From assembly GCA_965645245.1 (NCBI GenBank), contig OZ287077.1:1-64000 (forward strand): 64,000 bases of DNA, given 5' to 3'. The stretch's first letter is position 1. Each line of letters begins with the position of its first letter. Below, one piece after another: positions 49,330 through 60,366 of the stretch. A program made the translations under genes and the position numbers. Source of the DNA: Massalongia carnosa (lineage: Eukaryota). The notes beneath the pieces were generated by a model. That model had not been told where the DNA came from and made no database searches. It worked only from the letters and a program-made list of their open reading frames with translations.

Positions 49330-49889
49330 GTACTTGGGCCAGAGCACCCACACACGCTCACCAGTGTCAGCAACCTTGGGTCGATGTTGGAGAGCCAGGG
49401 AAAGTACGAAGAGGCGGAAGCGATGCGCCGGCGAGCATTGGAAGGAAGGGAGAAGGTACTTGGGCCAGAACACCCACACACGCTCACCAGTGTCAGCCAG
49501 CTTGGGTCGGTGTTGGAGAGCCAGGGCAAGTACGAAGAGGCGGAAGCGATGCACCGGCGAGCATTGGAAGGATACGAGAAGGTACTTGGGCTAGAGCACC
49601 CACACACGCTCACTAGTGTCAGCAACCTTGGGTCGGTGTTGGAGAGCCAGGGCAAGTACGAAGAGGCGGAAGCGATGCACCGACGAGATTTGAAAGGATC
49701 TGGGAAGGTACTTGGGCCAGAGCACCCACACACGCTCACCAGTGTCAGCCACCTTGGGTCGGTGTTGGAGAGCCAGGGCAAGTACGAAGAGGTGGAAGCG
49801 ATGCACCGGCGAGCATTGGAAGGAAGGGAGAAGGTACTTGGGCCAGAGCACCCAGACACGCTCACCAGTGTCAGCCAGCTTGGGTCGGT
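49330..49889 (+). repeat. 126-bp (42-aa) high-identity TPR-coding repeats, ~4.4 units
   Basis: Units start at 49330, 49456, 49582, 49708, 49834. Confidence 0.95.
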
Positions 49890-52499
49890 TATATAGATAC
49901 GCTGCAGCAGCCACAATCTCTCTCCAAAGCTTGTGAGGTAAATTGGCTGATAGTCTCATCGCTCGAACCTTCTCCATGATAAGCCTTCCAAACCTTTCTG
50001 CCCCTCCATTTTGAGCATGAGTGTTTGGTGCACAAGGCTCAAACGTAACTCCAACATTGATGCACCATGCCTTAGTCTTTAAGCGATTCATCTCCTTGTC
50101 AGACCGGATGACTTTTACCTCAAGATTGTGCCGAAGTGCGAGCCACGTCACAAAGTCTTGAATCAAGGGTAAATTCTCTTCTTCTTTTGCCGACTTTGTG
50201 AAGTAGGTAATAGCCATTTTTGTCGCCTCACACACCACAGCCATGACTCGTCGAACGATAGCTCCATCTCCTTGATAGCCATCCCAACCTTCTTCTAGAT
50301 CAAACCAGTCAATAAAAACACGGTAGAACGGTCGCAAGGCCCGATTAGCTGGCGTTCTTCGTGATATCTGTTGAGTTATCTTTGCCATCGCGCAATGGGT
50401 GCACTGGGCCATCTCTTTACATCGAAGTTGACTTTTATTCTCCATTTTCGCAATTCACCTGGTGCTTCGTCTCGCCTTTTGAGTGGAATGGACCATATCT
50501 TTCTAGAATAGTTGTCCACAATTTCCAAAAAGTATGTGTATCCTTCTCGAGAGGCAGGCAAAGGACCGCAAATATCGATGGAGACCAGAGCCAGAAGAGA
50601 GGTTTTTCGCTCGGTCGCTTTGCCTCTTTTATTGGTGAGCTCAGTGAGCGCGCATACCTCGCAAATGTGATCCTCTTCTTTGCTGACCGGAATAGGCTTT
50701 TCTAGGGTGGTGACCTTATGCAGGTTACGAAGCTTTTATCGGCCTAGGTGAGCGAATCTTCGATGCCATAGCCTGTACGTTTCAGAGTGTTTGTGTCTTG
50801 GTTGGGTTAAGTGCGGGTGTTGACTCAATCTCGATTTCCATATTGTTATGTATTGTTAGACATGTTAAACCCGCGCCGCGCGGCTTTAACGCCTCTGATG
50901 AAGACGAGAGTGATGCAATATCAACTTTGCTTGGAAAGGCAATGTCATGATGCATGGACGCGGTTAATGCGAATTCATCGAGATCCTTTGCTATTTTCTC
51001 GACGATATGTACTCCCTCTCGCTGCCGTGACTCCATGATCTCCTTGCCTTGCTTGTCATGCATCTTCAGCCCGTGCTGATTGAAACTTCCGATGAGGCCC
51101 TTCTCGCACATCCGCCTTCCAGACAAGAGATTAACCCCTAGCTTGGGGACATAAAGGACAGAAGAAAGAAATCTCTGATTTCCGTGCCCATCCTTGATCA
51201 CGCACGTACCGCGATGACATGCTCTCAATTCTCCCCCGCCGACCTTTATTCTTCTTTCTCTGATCTTTGTCAGAGGTCCGCTAAAGAGCTGAAGCTTGTC
51301 AGTCATGTGGGATGATGCGCCAGAGTCAGCTACCCATTTTGATATGGGAATCGTACTGACAGCTTCTCTGGAGAGGGCCGCAGTTTCCTCGAGATCATCT
51401 AGATCATCGTCATTATCGCCTGATGAGAAGCTATCGTTCTCGTCCTCTTCTTCTAACTCGCCAGCGAGATAGCTCCTATGGCGCTTGACGGATGATTTGC
51501 CCTTATTGATCTCTTTCTTCTTCTTCGCGAGGCTCCTAACGTGGCTGCGAGTGCTTTCCAAGAATTCGCACTCTTTGGTCCTGTGGCCGACTTCTCCACA
51601 GATTAAGCATCCCTTTTGCGAGTTGACCTTGAATTTCGTTTCTCTCTTTGCACTTGAGGACCTTTCGTGCCGTCTGGATCGCTCCTGCCTGGAGTTGTTG
51701 AATGCTTCGACTTCTGGATGGGTTGAGAGGCCGTCGCTGCTCTCTTCGCTGTTCTTTCTGCTTTGCGAGCAAGGCTAAATCTGCTTTCGCCTGTGTTAGC
51801 TGCATTTCTATGTCTTCCAACCTTTTTATGCCAATTTCGGCATCTACTCCCCCAATTGCATCAATTCCGTCCCTAATGACCGCCTACTCGGCTGGGAGAG
51901 TTGTAAGAGTAATTGGAAAAGTTGCCGAGTGGGAAATGCGTCTCGAAGTGTGGGTGTGGCCATGACGACCTTGTCTCTCAACAACAAAAGTTCCCCCCAT
52001 GCCTCCTGAACGGTAGTGTTCTCTTTCATTTTATATGACACCAGCTCTTGAAGGTAATGCCTTCCTGAAGAGGGAAGGATGTTTTTGTACTTGCTTAACA
52101 GCGGGTCCACTTTTCCGCCGCTGTCTTCATCACTCTTACGCGTTCTTGATCGAATTGGCTTAAGCAGATGGTTATAAGATAGCATGCTTTAGCGTTGTCC
52201 TTTCTCTATCTTTCCGGATCGATGAATGGGGTTTCCGGGGTGAGGGGTGTGTCTGATTTCTCTATTCCTTTTCCATCAAGGCTTAATTTGTCCATGCGCT
52301 GCTGAAGGTACGAGGAATTGCGCTGTGGCTCGCTTATTGTATGAAAGATGCCTTCCGCTTCGAAATGCATTTCGGCTAGCTCGAACCATCTTTGATAGTT
52401 CTCCCTTGTCAGAACGGGCAAGGGACTTCTTTTCGCTAAATCGTCTGCGATTGTTGTCATTTTTGATATTTGCTTGTGCTTGTTGTATCCGTCATATCA

Positions 52500-52685
52500 A
52501 GCTGCCGAGAGTGCTGGTTTATCCTACCACAGGAATCGTAAGGAGCTGCCGAGGTGCTGGTTTATCCTACCATAGGAATCGTAAGGAGCTGCCGAGGTGC
52601 TAGTTTATCTTGTCATAGGAATCGTAAGGAGCTGCCGAGGTGCTGATTCTTCCTACCTAAAGGAATCGTAGTCGAGCTGCCGAGA
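52500..52685 (-). repeat. ~43-bp tandem array (4-5 copies) in Copia-E leader
   Basis: GCTGCCGAGGTGCTGGTTTATCCTACCA.AGGAATCGTAAGGA units. Confidence 0.88.
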
Positions 52686-52992
52686 TAGCGATTTGCGAAG
52701 AGCTATATCCTTTTCTGATGTTCGGAAGCTTGTTGCTGACCGTGATCATAACCAGTTCAAAGGAGACTCTGGTTTCAGGTGATCGCATTGACTATAAAGC
52801 TATCTAAAAGCTAGTTCATGTGACCTCGTATTGCTTCTATTTCTAAGGTTGGCGGAAACACAGCGATCTGCACCTCGCTGGCGCCGTCACTCTCGCCGGC
52901 GCCTCTACCTAGCGCCCCCTTTCGGGCCTTGGTGCAGATCGCGGTGGATACTCCCAAGCCCAAGATGGAAACGGCTCGCGCGGCGATGCTGT

Positions 52993-54024
52993 TTAGGAGG
53001 CTGAGGGAGGGTGTTGAAAACGGCGTGAGGTGGCTAAGATGTGGGATTGATGCGTTTGGATATAAAGCTTGTAGGAGTCTGACTTCCACCGGCCTAGTAA
53101 TTGAATGTCGTTCTCGCTAAGACCGACTTCCTTGGCCGACGTCGCTGCACCTCTTCGGAAAGAGTGACCTGAATAATTACCTGTTATGCCTAAGCTCTTA
53201 AGCCCTGATCGCATCGCGGTGGTCAAATATTCGCGTGTGGAAGCCTTTTGTTTATAGAATAAAGGGGAGGTTGCAGGTAGTGGAAACCGGGTGATCAAAT
53301 TACGAAGGGATTTTACCGCGCAGGCCTCGTCCCCTGATGCGGCTATCGTTAGCGTAATGCCTCGACGAAAGGGGTCGGTTTTGGACGCCGGCAAGGAGAG
53401 GAACAGCTTATCTGCTTCTAAGTGGACGGATTTCCTAGTTAAATGCCATGATTCGAAGCTTGGGTCTGTTAGGTCTCTGATAGTGTACGTAAATTCGCCT
53501 GCGCGAAGAAATCCTGCGAATGCCAGTCAGTATGCTGCGTGTAGAGTGGCCTGCGCGTTGTCGGTTAAGTCCAATCGTTTCACTAAACGAAGGAGTATGT
53601 TTTTCGTAATGGGCATTCGCTCTTTCTTGTCGGCTTCGCCATTCTTTCGCTTTATGCCGGCAATGATTCTATTTAGTACGGGATGGTGAAACGTTTCTAG
53701 ATCCTCAAAGCCCGTGTCGATTTGGCTGGACCGAACTCCGGCTAGATAGGCCTTGATGGTTTTGGGCTGTATTTTGTGTTCTCCTAGCATCGCTATCCAA
53801 GATGACAAAGTCTGTATGGTTGCCGGAAATGGAGTCGCGTTCATTGATATTCTGCAGTGTGTTACATAGCTTCTTCTCCCTGTGTCATACAGACTGCGGG
53901 TTTTGACTGCCAAGCCCCACCACAGGTATCTAGCTGCTGGTCGGGATAGAGGTATTTCGCTATACCAGCTTTCGGGAGGGTCGCGTGCTAGGATTTGAGT
54001 AGAAGTTCCTGTAAATTGGGCCAT
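52993..54024 (-). pseudogene. Tyrosine recombinase (one in-frame stop at 53527-53529)
   Basis: TIKAYLAGVRS, AFAGFLRAGEF, SKTDPFRRG, YSGHSFRRGAAT, LGRWKSDSYKLY. Confidence 0.93.
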
Positions 54025-55546
54025 TTGTTAGCGATTTTCTCCAATTTGCCCCGTGATAGGAGGTCAGCGAGCTCATTAGACTTTGTTGGGATCTAACGTA
54101 TTTCAATCCGAATATCATGAATAGCGGTCAGCATTGCGATTGCCCGAAGGGGCCGCATAGCGTTTCCACGAATAGATGATTTCCTTATTCCTGACGTGAC
54201 AGCAAAGTTGTCACAGTGGAAAATCACATGGCTCCCTGCACAAAGGGGGAGCCATTTACGCAAAGCGTGTAATATCGCTGTCATTTCTTTGACATTGATG
54301 TGAGTTGGCCTAAGCCGAGACGTGAAACGTTCAGAAAGTGCATGCTCAGCAGGCATGGTAAAACTGGTATGATCCTCCACTAGGATGTAGGCCCCAATGC
54401 CGTACCCTGATGCGTCCGTCCAAAGACGAAATGTCTCGCGAGGATGGTCTAACATGCGAATGCCATTCCATTTAGGTAAAAAAAGATGCCACCACTGCAG
54501 GTCGGCTTTGATATTCTCGTTAATATGAATATGACGCCCACGAGACATGGCTTTTGCGTTAAAAAGACGTCGGAGGAAAGCTCTCCCTGGCACTACCACT
54601 TTAGCTGCGAATGACAAAAATCCCACCAAGGAGTCTAATTCCTCCCTTCTGATCGATGATTTTTGCAAGGCCTGTTTGACGAGGTCTTTGGCTTTCTGCA
54701 GTTTGTCTGGTGGTAGCCGTGCTTCCATGAGCATAGTATCCAATTCAATGCCTAAGAAATCGATCACATGACCAGTTTTATTTTTCTTTTCGTTGACTGC
54801 GATTCCAAGGTCTTTGCAAAGATCGAAGAAGTACCGAGTGAAAGCTTCCGCTTCGGGATTAGTGCGGCAAACTGCCAAGAAATCATCTAGATAATGAAGC
54901 ACATCATGTTGATTTTGTAAACACATCCAATTTATCCCCTTTGCAAACAAATCGAATAGAAAAGGAGACGTGCGCAAGCCGAAAGGTAGAAAGCGCTCCA
55001 TCCAGTAAACATTATCCCATTGAAATCCCAGCAACCACCAGTCGCTTTTAGCCACGGGTATATGGCGAAAGGCATCGGAGAAATCCCTTTTTACTAATAT
55101 GCACCCTTTTCCTTGTTGTCTTATTTTGGCGACAGCGTCATCGAATGTGGGGTATTCCAAGGCCCCCCATTCCTGAGGGATGAAGTCATTTACCGACGAT
55201 CCTTCAGGATGAGATAAATGATGGACACGGCGCCATGTACCATTTGATTTGGGTACGAGACCTAATGGGGATGATATGAACTTGGAGGGAAGAATATCTA
55301 CTCGCGTCAATCGTCCCTTATCCCTCTGCTCCTCGACATCTTTAGTGAGTATATCAGGAGCTTCTTTTGCTGATAGTAGATTGGGGCTGAGGATGAATTG
55401 TTCTGGGCCGGTATACCCAATCTTGGCCCCATACCGAATAATATCAAAATAGCCTGTTTGTACACGTTATCGGGGTGAGTTTCTAGGTGCTTCTTCCAGC
55501 CGGCGAGGATGAGTGGTCCTTGCTGAAGAGCCTCGAGTTTGTCCAT
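53987..55546 (-). pseudogene. DIRS-type reverse transcriptase / RNase H (frameshifts near 5' end, stop at 54093)
   Basis: SPLGLVPK..WRRVHHLSHP, KRDFSDAFRHIP, LPFGLRTSPFLF, HYLDDFL, FLGIELDT, LWTDASGYG, HINVKE, FHCDN, NELADLLSR. Confidence 0.93.
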
Positions 55547-55594
55547 CAGTCTGTACGGAAAACCTTCCGCGATATGGTCATATGGGCCGGCTAG

Positions 55595-56671
55595 TCAATC
55601 CTTCCTATTGACCGGTGTCCAATTCGGATTGTTACGAGATTGGCTACTTGGGTTGCTATTGTTGGGGGTGTTGCCCCTGCAACTAAGTGCTGGGTGCTGT
55701 CTCCCGCAGTTGCTGCAGACGTGTTGGTATCTGCAGTCTCGGCAGTCCTTGCCTGTGTTATACCGATGGCAAGGGTAGGGCCTTGGAGTATTGCTGTTTG
55801 AATTGGTTGTGTATCCCCCAAATCCGGTCCGGGTTTGAAGGTTGTTGAGGGGCCTGTCGCGTTTAACCAGGTATGTGTTTTCCAAGTCTGGGTAGCTTTG
55901 CCTCCATTTTACGGGGTCGTCCACTCCTTGATACCACAGCGTTCTATGAAATAGCATATGAACTTGCAGCAACGACTCCCATGTGTAGGTATTGTGAAGC
56001 AAAATCAGCCGGTCCTCGTATTTCATGAAGGCCCTTGCTAGATCTTTGAACAGACTTGCTTGTGCAAAGTGCAATACCGCTTGCCAGTATACCAAAAGAC
56101 AACGAATTAGGTGGGTGATACCCTTGATGTCGCTCAACGATGCGTCATCCTCGCCAGTAATGACCTCCAGACCTTTGCTGATATTGATAGATTTCTTCGT
56201 AGACTTGCTCAGAGTAACGTCACTGCACATCTTGGCGATATTGATGGGGTCAAACTTATTTTCCAAAATTTGCTTGAAATACAGCTGGTTTATGGCCGGA
56301 AAGTCACTTGTCAGAGGGAGGATTCTTGGGTCATCCGTACCTTCGCTCTGAAAGGCCTGATTGGTCTGTTGGGATCCCCCATGCTGAAATCCCGTAGGGG
56401 CCTCCTCCACCTCCAACGCGGCCTGTCTGTCGACAATTTCCTTCCTAAGCTTTCTCATTTCGGCCTGGCGCCCCTCTCGTACCAAAATGTCGCGTTGTAC
56501 GCGAAGTTCAAGTAGCTCATCAGGGGTACCGGGGCGTGTGGGCCCTTCTTCCGCTGGCTGGCCGGCCTGCATTGTTGCGGAGGTCGGCTGAGAGTCAGGC
56601 ACAAGGGGGGTGAGGGGGCCAGTGGGGCCGCTATCGTCGGCGGTGGACGCAGTGCGGCGGGTAGTAGGCAT
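55595..56671 (-). CDS. Gag-like ORF1 of the YR retrotransposon with C-terminal Cys/His zinc fingers
   Basis: ATG 56671 downstream of TATATA (~56852); CHRYNTGKDCRDCRYQHVCSNCGRQHPALSC. Confidence 0.8.
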   Translation of the reverse strand: MPTTRRTASTADDSGPTGPLTPLVPDSQPTSATMQAGQPAEEGPTRPGTPDELLELRVQRDILVREGRQAEMRKLRKEIVDRQAALEVEEAPTGFQHGGSQQTNQAFQSEGTDDPRILPLTSDFPAINQLYFKQILENKFDPINIAKMCSDVTLSKSTKKSINISKGLEVITGEDDASLSDIKGITHLIRCLLVYWQAVLHFAQASLFKDLARAFMKYEDRLILLHNTYTWESLLQVHMLFHRTLWYQGVDDPVKWRQSYPDLENTYLVKRDRPLNNLQTRTGFGGYTTNSNSNTPRPYPCHRYNTGKDCRDCRYQHVCSNCGRQHPALSCRGNTPNNSNPSSQSRNNPNWTPVNRKD

Positions 56672-57395
56672 TCTGTTTATGGAAGGGAGTAGAGCGGAGC
56701 TAGGTTTATACGTGTTTATCGAAGATGAAGAAGGGAAGAAGGATGGATTGTTCGTTAGGTTGGAAGATTGTTGGATCGGACTCAAAAACTACTATGCAGT
56801 GCTACCTCCGAATCCGAGATGATGAGGAGATGTAGGACTGCTTTGGCCCTCTATATAGCCTCCATCTCCCCCCTGTCATCCATCCATCCCTATCCGATCC
56901 CCCGTCGTTATCCGAACCAGCTCCTGGCGGATAACCGTGCAAAACCGAAGAGGTCCGGATTTTGCATCACCTGTTGTCCCCGTCATGCGTGGAGAACCGC
57001 TGGTAGCCGATCCGCTGGTGGCCGAATCCGCTGGTAGCCGAATAGCATCGGTCCCGCACTAGCTCTCGCCATAGATGAACTAGGAAAAGAGCAGACTTTT
57101 CACCAAAGGGCAAAGCACGCTAAACCTAAAACCTTCCTAGAGAAGATTAGACTACCCGCTATCCACGTTATGAGTCAGTGAGCCCAACAAGCCGTTATAA
57201 CCATAACCGCAACCGCCATTCAACATTTCTAATAATTAAAATCATATTTAACACGAAATATAAAACCAGAAATTCGTTTTAATAAACTCTATACGTCATC
57301 TGACCGTCGAGAACTAGACTTTGACTTCGTTGAGATTTAATCTTTTTACATCATTAATTGATTTCATTTTACAGTTAATTGTAGACTGAAGAGTC

Positions 57396-59168
57396 ATGAG
57401 AAGTTTTAGATATCAGTCTCTGCATGCAGATGAGATTCGTTTGCTTAGAATATTGTCAGGGGAAGGGGATGGTATAATGGCTGAGTTGGAGCATGTCACT
57501 TTGGCCAAGTCTCCAGCCTATATTGCATTATCGTACACTTGGGGCTGCGCTCCTTATCGCAAAGGCCGTTCGCCTTTAGCGACATATAGTGTCACGCTGA
57601 ATGGTCATGCTTTCTCTGTTCAGGAAAACCTTCATGATGCCTTATCGCATCTTGGCTGGCGCGCGAAGGAGGAGAACTGTCTGCTCTGGGTAGATGCAAT
57701 CTGCATAAATCAGGCAGACGTTGAAGAGCGCAATGCACAGATCTTGCATATGAGATATCTGTACGAGCATGCATTCATAATCTATGGTTGGATTGGTGTG
57801 CCGTATAACGAAGAGGAGACTCGTTTGGCTGTGCATCTGATGAGAAAATTCAATATGGTTCTTCGTGATGGGCTTGCGGCATATAACGATGACATGCATG
57901 CTGTCTCGATAAGTATTTCGGACGATAATCCGGAGATATTTCCTACGCCTGGAACAGACTGCTATAGGGGCTGGCTTGGTATCAATGATATGTTCAGTCA
58001 ACCTTACTGGCGGAGGGTCTGGATATATCAAGAAGCCACCGGGCCGTCGCCTACAAAATTTTACTGTGGCAATGACTGGTTCAACATGACACATCTTTGC
58101 GCCGCCGTTTTCTTTGCTCATCATTTTGCGGAATGGACGGATTTGGATGCCCGGTTTCGGAATATCGCTAGAGGCGCAGCGTTCGCCCTCCAAGCGTTCA
58201 GAAGCAATGGGGTCTTCACTTATGGCACTTCGCTTTTGAGCTTGCTAGAGTCCACTCGGAACACGGAAAGCACCGACCCTCGTGACAAGGTCTACGCCCC
58301 TCGTGGCCTGGCAACCGATTTACTGCCAACGAGCATCTTGCCTGATTATAGAAAGTCAGTGGAAGAGGTGTATGGCGATGTAGTGCGCTTCTCGCTTTCG
58401 CAGCCAGACCATGGGCTCCAAGTCCTCGGCCACGTTATCCGACCCGCAGCGGACTCTAAATATCTCAAGAGCGTCCACAATGGCCCTTTGATTCGCAGCT
58501 GGATACCCGACTTACGCGACCATCTAGGGATCAGCCCATTCTGCACGAATGTACAGAGCTCAAACACAGCCTATAATGCTTGCGGACCCCACAGGACTCA
58601 CAACGCGAGAATTGAAGGCTCTCAATTGATTTTAGACGGTAGCAGAATCGACCAAATTAAAACACTCACAGCATCATGGGAGGAAAACGTGTTCAGCACC
58701 GGCCATGTCCGCTCCTGGGCTTTGAATCCACCTCACGCTTTCCGCATTCCCACCGGCCAGACCCTAGACAGCGCATTTCGTACCACCGTCCTTGCCGATA
58801 TGAATCCCTTGACCCAGACTCGGGGCCATATAGTCGACTGGGAACTCCTCGAGACAAGTAACGACACCCTCAGCCCCAGCCAAAGCGCGCGGAAGAATGA
58901 GATGAACGTCGCCTTGAAAAGCGCGGCCGGTTGTCGAAGGTTTTGCTGGACCACGGGTGGGCGGATGGGAATATTTCCAGCTGCTACCAGGGTAGGAGAT
59001 CTTGTCTGTGTTCTTTTTGGCGGGCAAGTACTTTATGTCTTGAGAGGTGCTGATCACAATCATTTTGAGTTTGTGGGAGAGTGCTATATACATGGATTGA
59101 TGGACGGAGAGGCTTTTAAGCAAGGGGATACTCATGTTGCAGAAAAAGAAACGTTTAATTTGAATTGA
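57396..59168 (+). CDS. Heterokaryon-incompatibility HET-domain protein (het-6-like architecture), intact, 590 aa
   Basis: IRLLRI, YIALSYTWG, LWVDAICINQ..ERNAQI..M, YWRRVWIYQE, TDPRDKVYA, GDLVCVLFGG..LYVLR, FVGECYIHGLMDGE. Confidence 0.93.
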   Translation: MRSFRYQSLHADEIRLLRILSGEGDGIMAELEHVTLAKSPAYIALSYTWGCAPYRKGRSPLATYSVTLNGHAFSVQENLHDALSHLGWRAKEENCLLWVDAICINQADVEERNAQILHMRYLYEHAFIIYGWIGVPYNEEETRLAVHLMRKFNMVLRDGLAAYNDDMHAVSISISDDNPEIFPTPGTDCYRGWLGINDMFSQPYWRRVWIYQEATGPSPTKFYCGNDWFNMTHLCAAVFFAHHFAEWTDLDARFRNIARGAAFALQAFRSNGVFTYGTSLLSLLESTRNTESTDPRDKVYAPRGLATDLLPTSILPDYRKSVEEVYGDVVRFSLSQPDHGLQVLGHVIRPAADSKYLKSVHNGPLIRSWIPDLRDHLGISPFCTNVQSSNTAYNACGPHRTHNARIEGSQLILDGSRIDQIKTLTASWEENVFSTGHVRSWALNPPHAFRIPTGQTLDSAFRTTVLADMNPLTQTRGHIVDWELLETSNDTLSPSQSARKNEMNVALKSAAGCRRFCWTTGGRMGIFPAATRVGDLVCVLFGGQVLYVLRGADHNHFEFVGECYIHGLMDGEAFKQGDTHVAEKETFNLN

Positions 59169-60366
59169 GAATACGAAATCTAATGACCTATAAATTTATG
59201 ACGTCGGTTTTCTTTATCTTGACCTCGTCAATCTTTAAATTGATATAACTCCTCCATTATAATTCCATTCTCTTTGAAATTTTAATGATATGCTATCTAC
59301 TAAATTTGCATGGAAAAGCCCTTAATCTTCAATAAATTATATGCATATTACATTCGTTATAACCAATATACTCACCGAAGAGATCAACCATATCTGCCTC
59401 GAAGAACGACTGTTCCGCCTATCATCGCAAACGAAGGTCGACAGCTCAGCATGACACCCCCCAATCGATCTGTTAAGCCCAGGACTCCTATACATTTTCT
59501 ACAAAAGCAATATGTGATGAATGAAAACAGATGCGGTTGAAATTTAGAATTTATTCAGCATCATTGAACTTGAAGACAAAAGCTTTCATCAGCATACAGG
59601 TTTGTGATGTTTTCGTTGATGAAGGGGTCAGAAAGACAAAGTCCTGCTACGATAGCCCGACTTGATAATCAGAAAATTGCAATAGCTATCTGCAACAGTC
59701 TGATATCATTTTTCGAAATATGTGTTAACTTCTTCGATGGCATTCGTCGGAATGAGCTTTGGAGTGAAAGCAGTACTTTTTGCTAGAATTGAAGAAACCG
59801 CAGACATAACATACGGGACGCCTGAATCAGAAACACATATTTGAATTCTGTTTATCCTCTCGAGATTGCAGTAGCATTCAGAGTTGATTGCCTACGTCTG
59901 AATCTGTTCTATATCTCTCGTCTTCGAGCTCGGAAATTGATTGATTTTCAAGTCCTAAGTTGCGAAACGATGATACTGATTGCTTTGAAGATGTCTTAAG
60001 ACGTCTGATTAGGTTTCACCTCGTATATCTTGCAATTATTGATCATGCGTTGGTTTTCACTCGTTGAGAAGTCAGCGCAGTTGACGGCGAGATTGATATT
60101 TGAGAGTAGCTAGACAGTTTTGATGTCTTAGTATCAATAGCTGAGATGCTAAACTGTCGTGTCAACGCACGTCGTAGCAGGCGGTCCAATCATCGTTAAC
60201 TAGTGTCATTCTCTAATCGTGGGCTTTTCGGGTAATGTAGTTACGTGGAGAATTCTAGTGTAATATAACTTCGCTATTCAAGGTCTTCGATTGATAGATG
60301 AACTGACTTTTTAGCTCGAGTCCGTCCTAGTACGTCGATGAGTATTGCATGCGAAGTCTCTTGGTC

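Larger units (their letters stand above)
46225..49889 (+). pseudogene. Fungal NLR: SesB-like alpha/beta hydrolase, NB-ARC-type NTPase, TPR repeats; multi-exon, disrupted
   Basis: IIAITGLDGHAYGSW, FFIAHSFGG, RVALIGLGGVG/KSQIAIEYAY, WLMVIDNADD, IPLAI, MHRLVQ, LGPEHPHTLTS repeats; GT-AG introns; solo LTR insert, TAA at 48448, 3' truncation. Confidence 0.9.
52811..57083 (-). mobile_element. Tyrosine-recombinase retrotransposon (DIRS/Ngaro order): gag-like, RT/RNase H, YR
   Basis: Three overlapping co-oriented ORFs in the order typical of YR retroelements; ends inferred from 9-bp inverted repeat CTAGTTCAT/ATGAACTAG. Confidence 0.88.
49885..57189 (-). mobile_element. 5' half of Ty1/copia Copia-E (gag, protease, integrase); its 5' LTR (52754-52810 + 57084-57189) is apparently split by the YR element
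   Basis: LTRENYQRW, WVADSGASSHM, WHRRFAHL, QNGGAER, LWREIV..AAYLYNR; PBS GGTTATGATC at 52744-52753; TGTTGG start at 57189. Confidence 0.8.

Noticed and set aside
49227..50445. Antisense repeat ORFs and an apparent integrase-repeat fusion protein
   Set aside because: Shadow frames of the TPR array and read-through across a deletion junction
52861..52945. Hammerhead ribozyme
   Set aside because: No CUGANGA core on either strand
52993..54024. Starship captain (DUF3435) or Crypton recombinase
   Set aside because: The YR overlaps a DIRS-type RT/RNase H ORF, so it belongs to a retroelement
59200..60360. AT-rich, TCA/TGA-rich stretch that may be a mutated gene or TE
   Set aside because: No recognisable motif or boundaries
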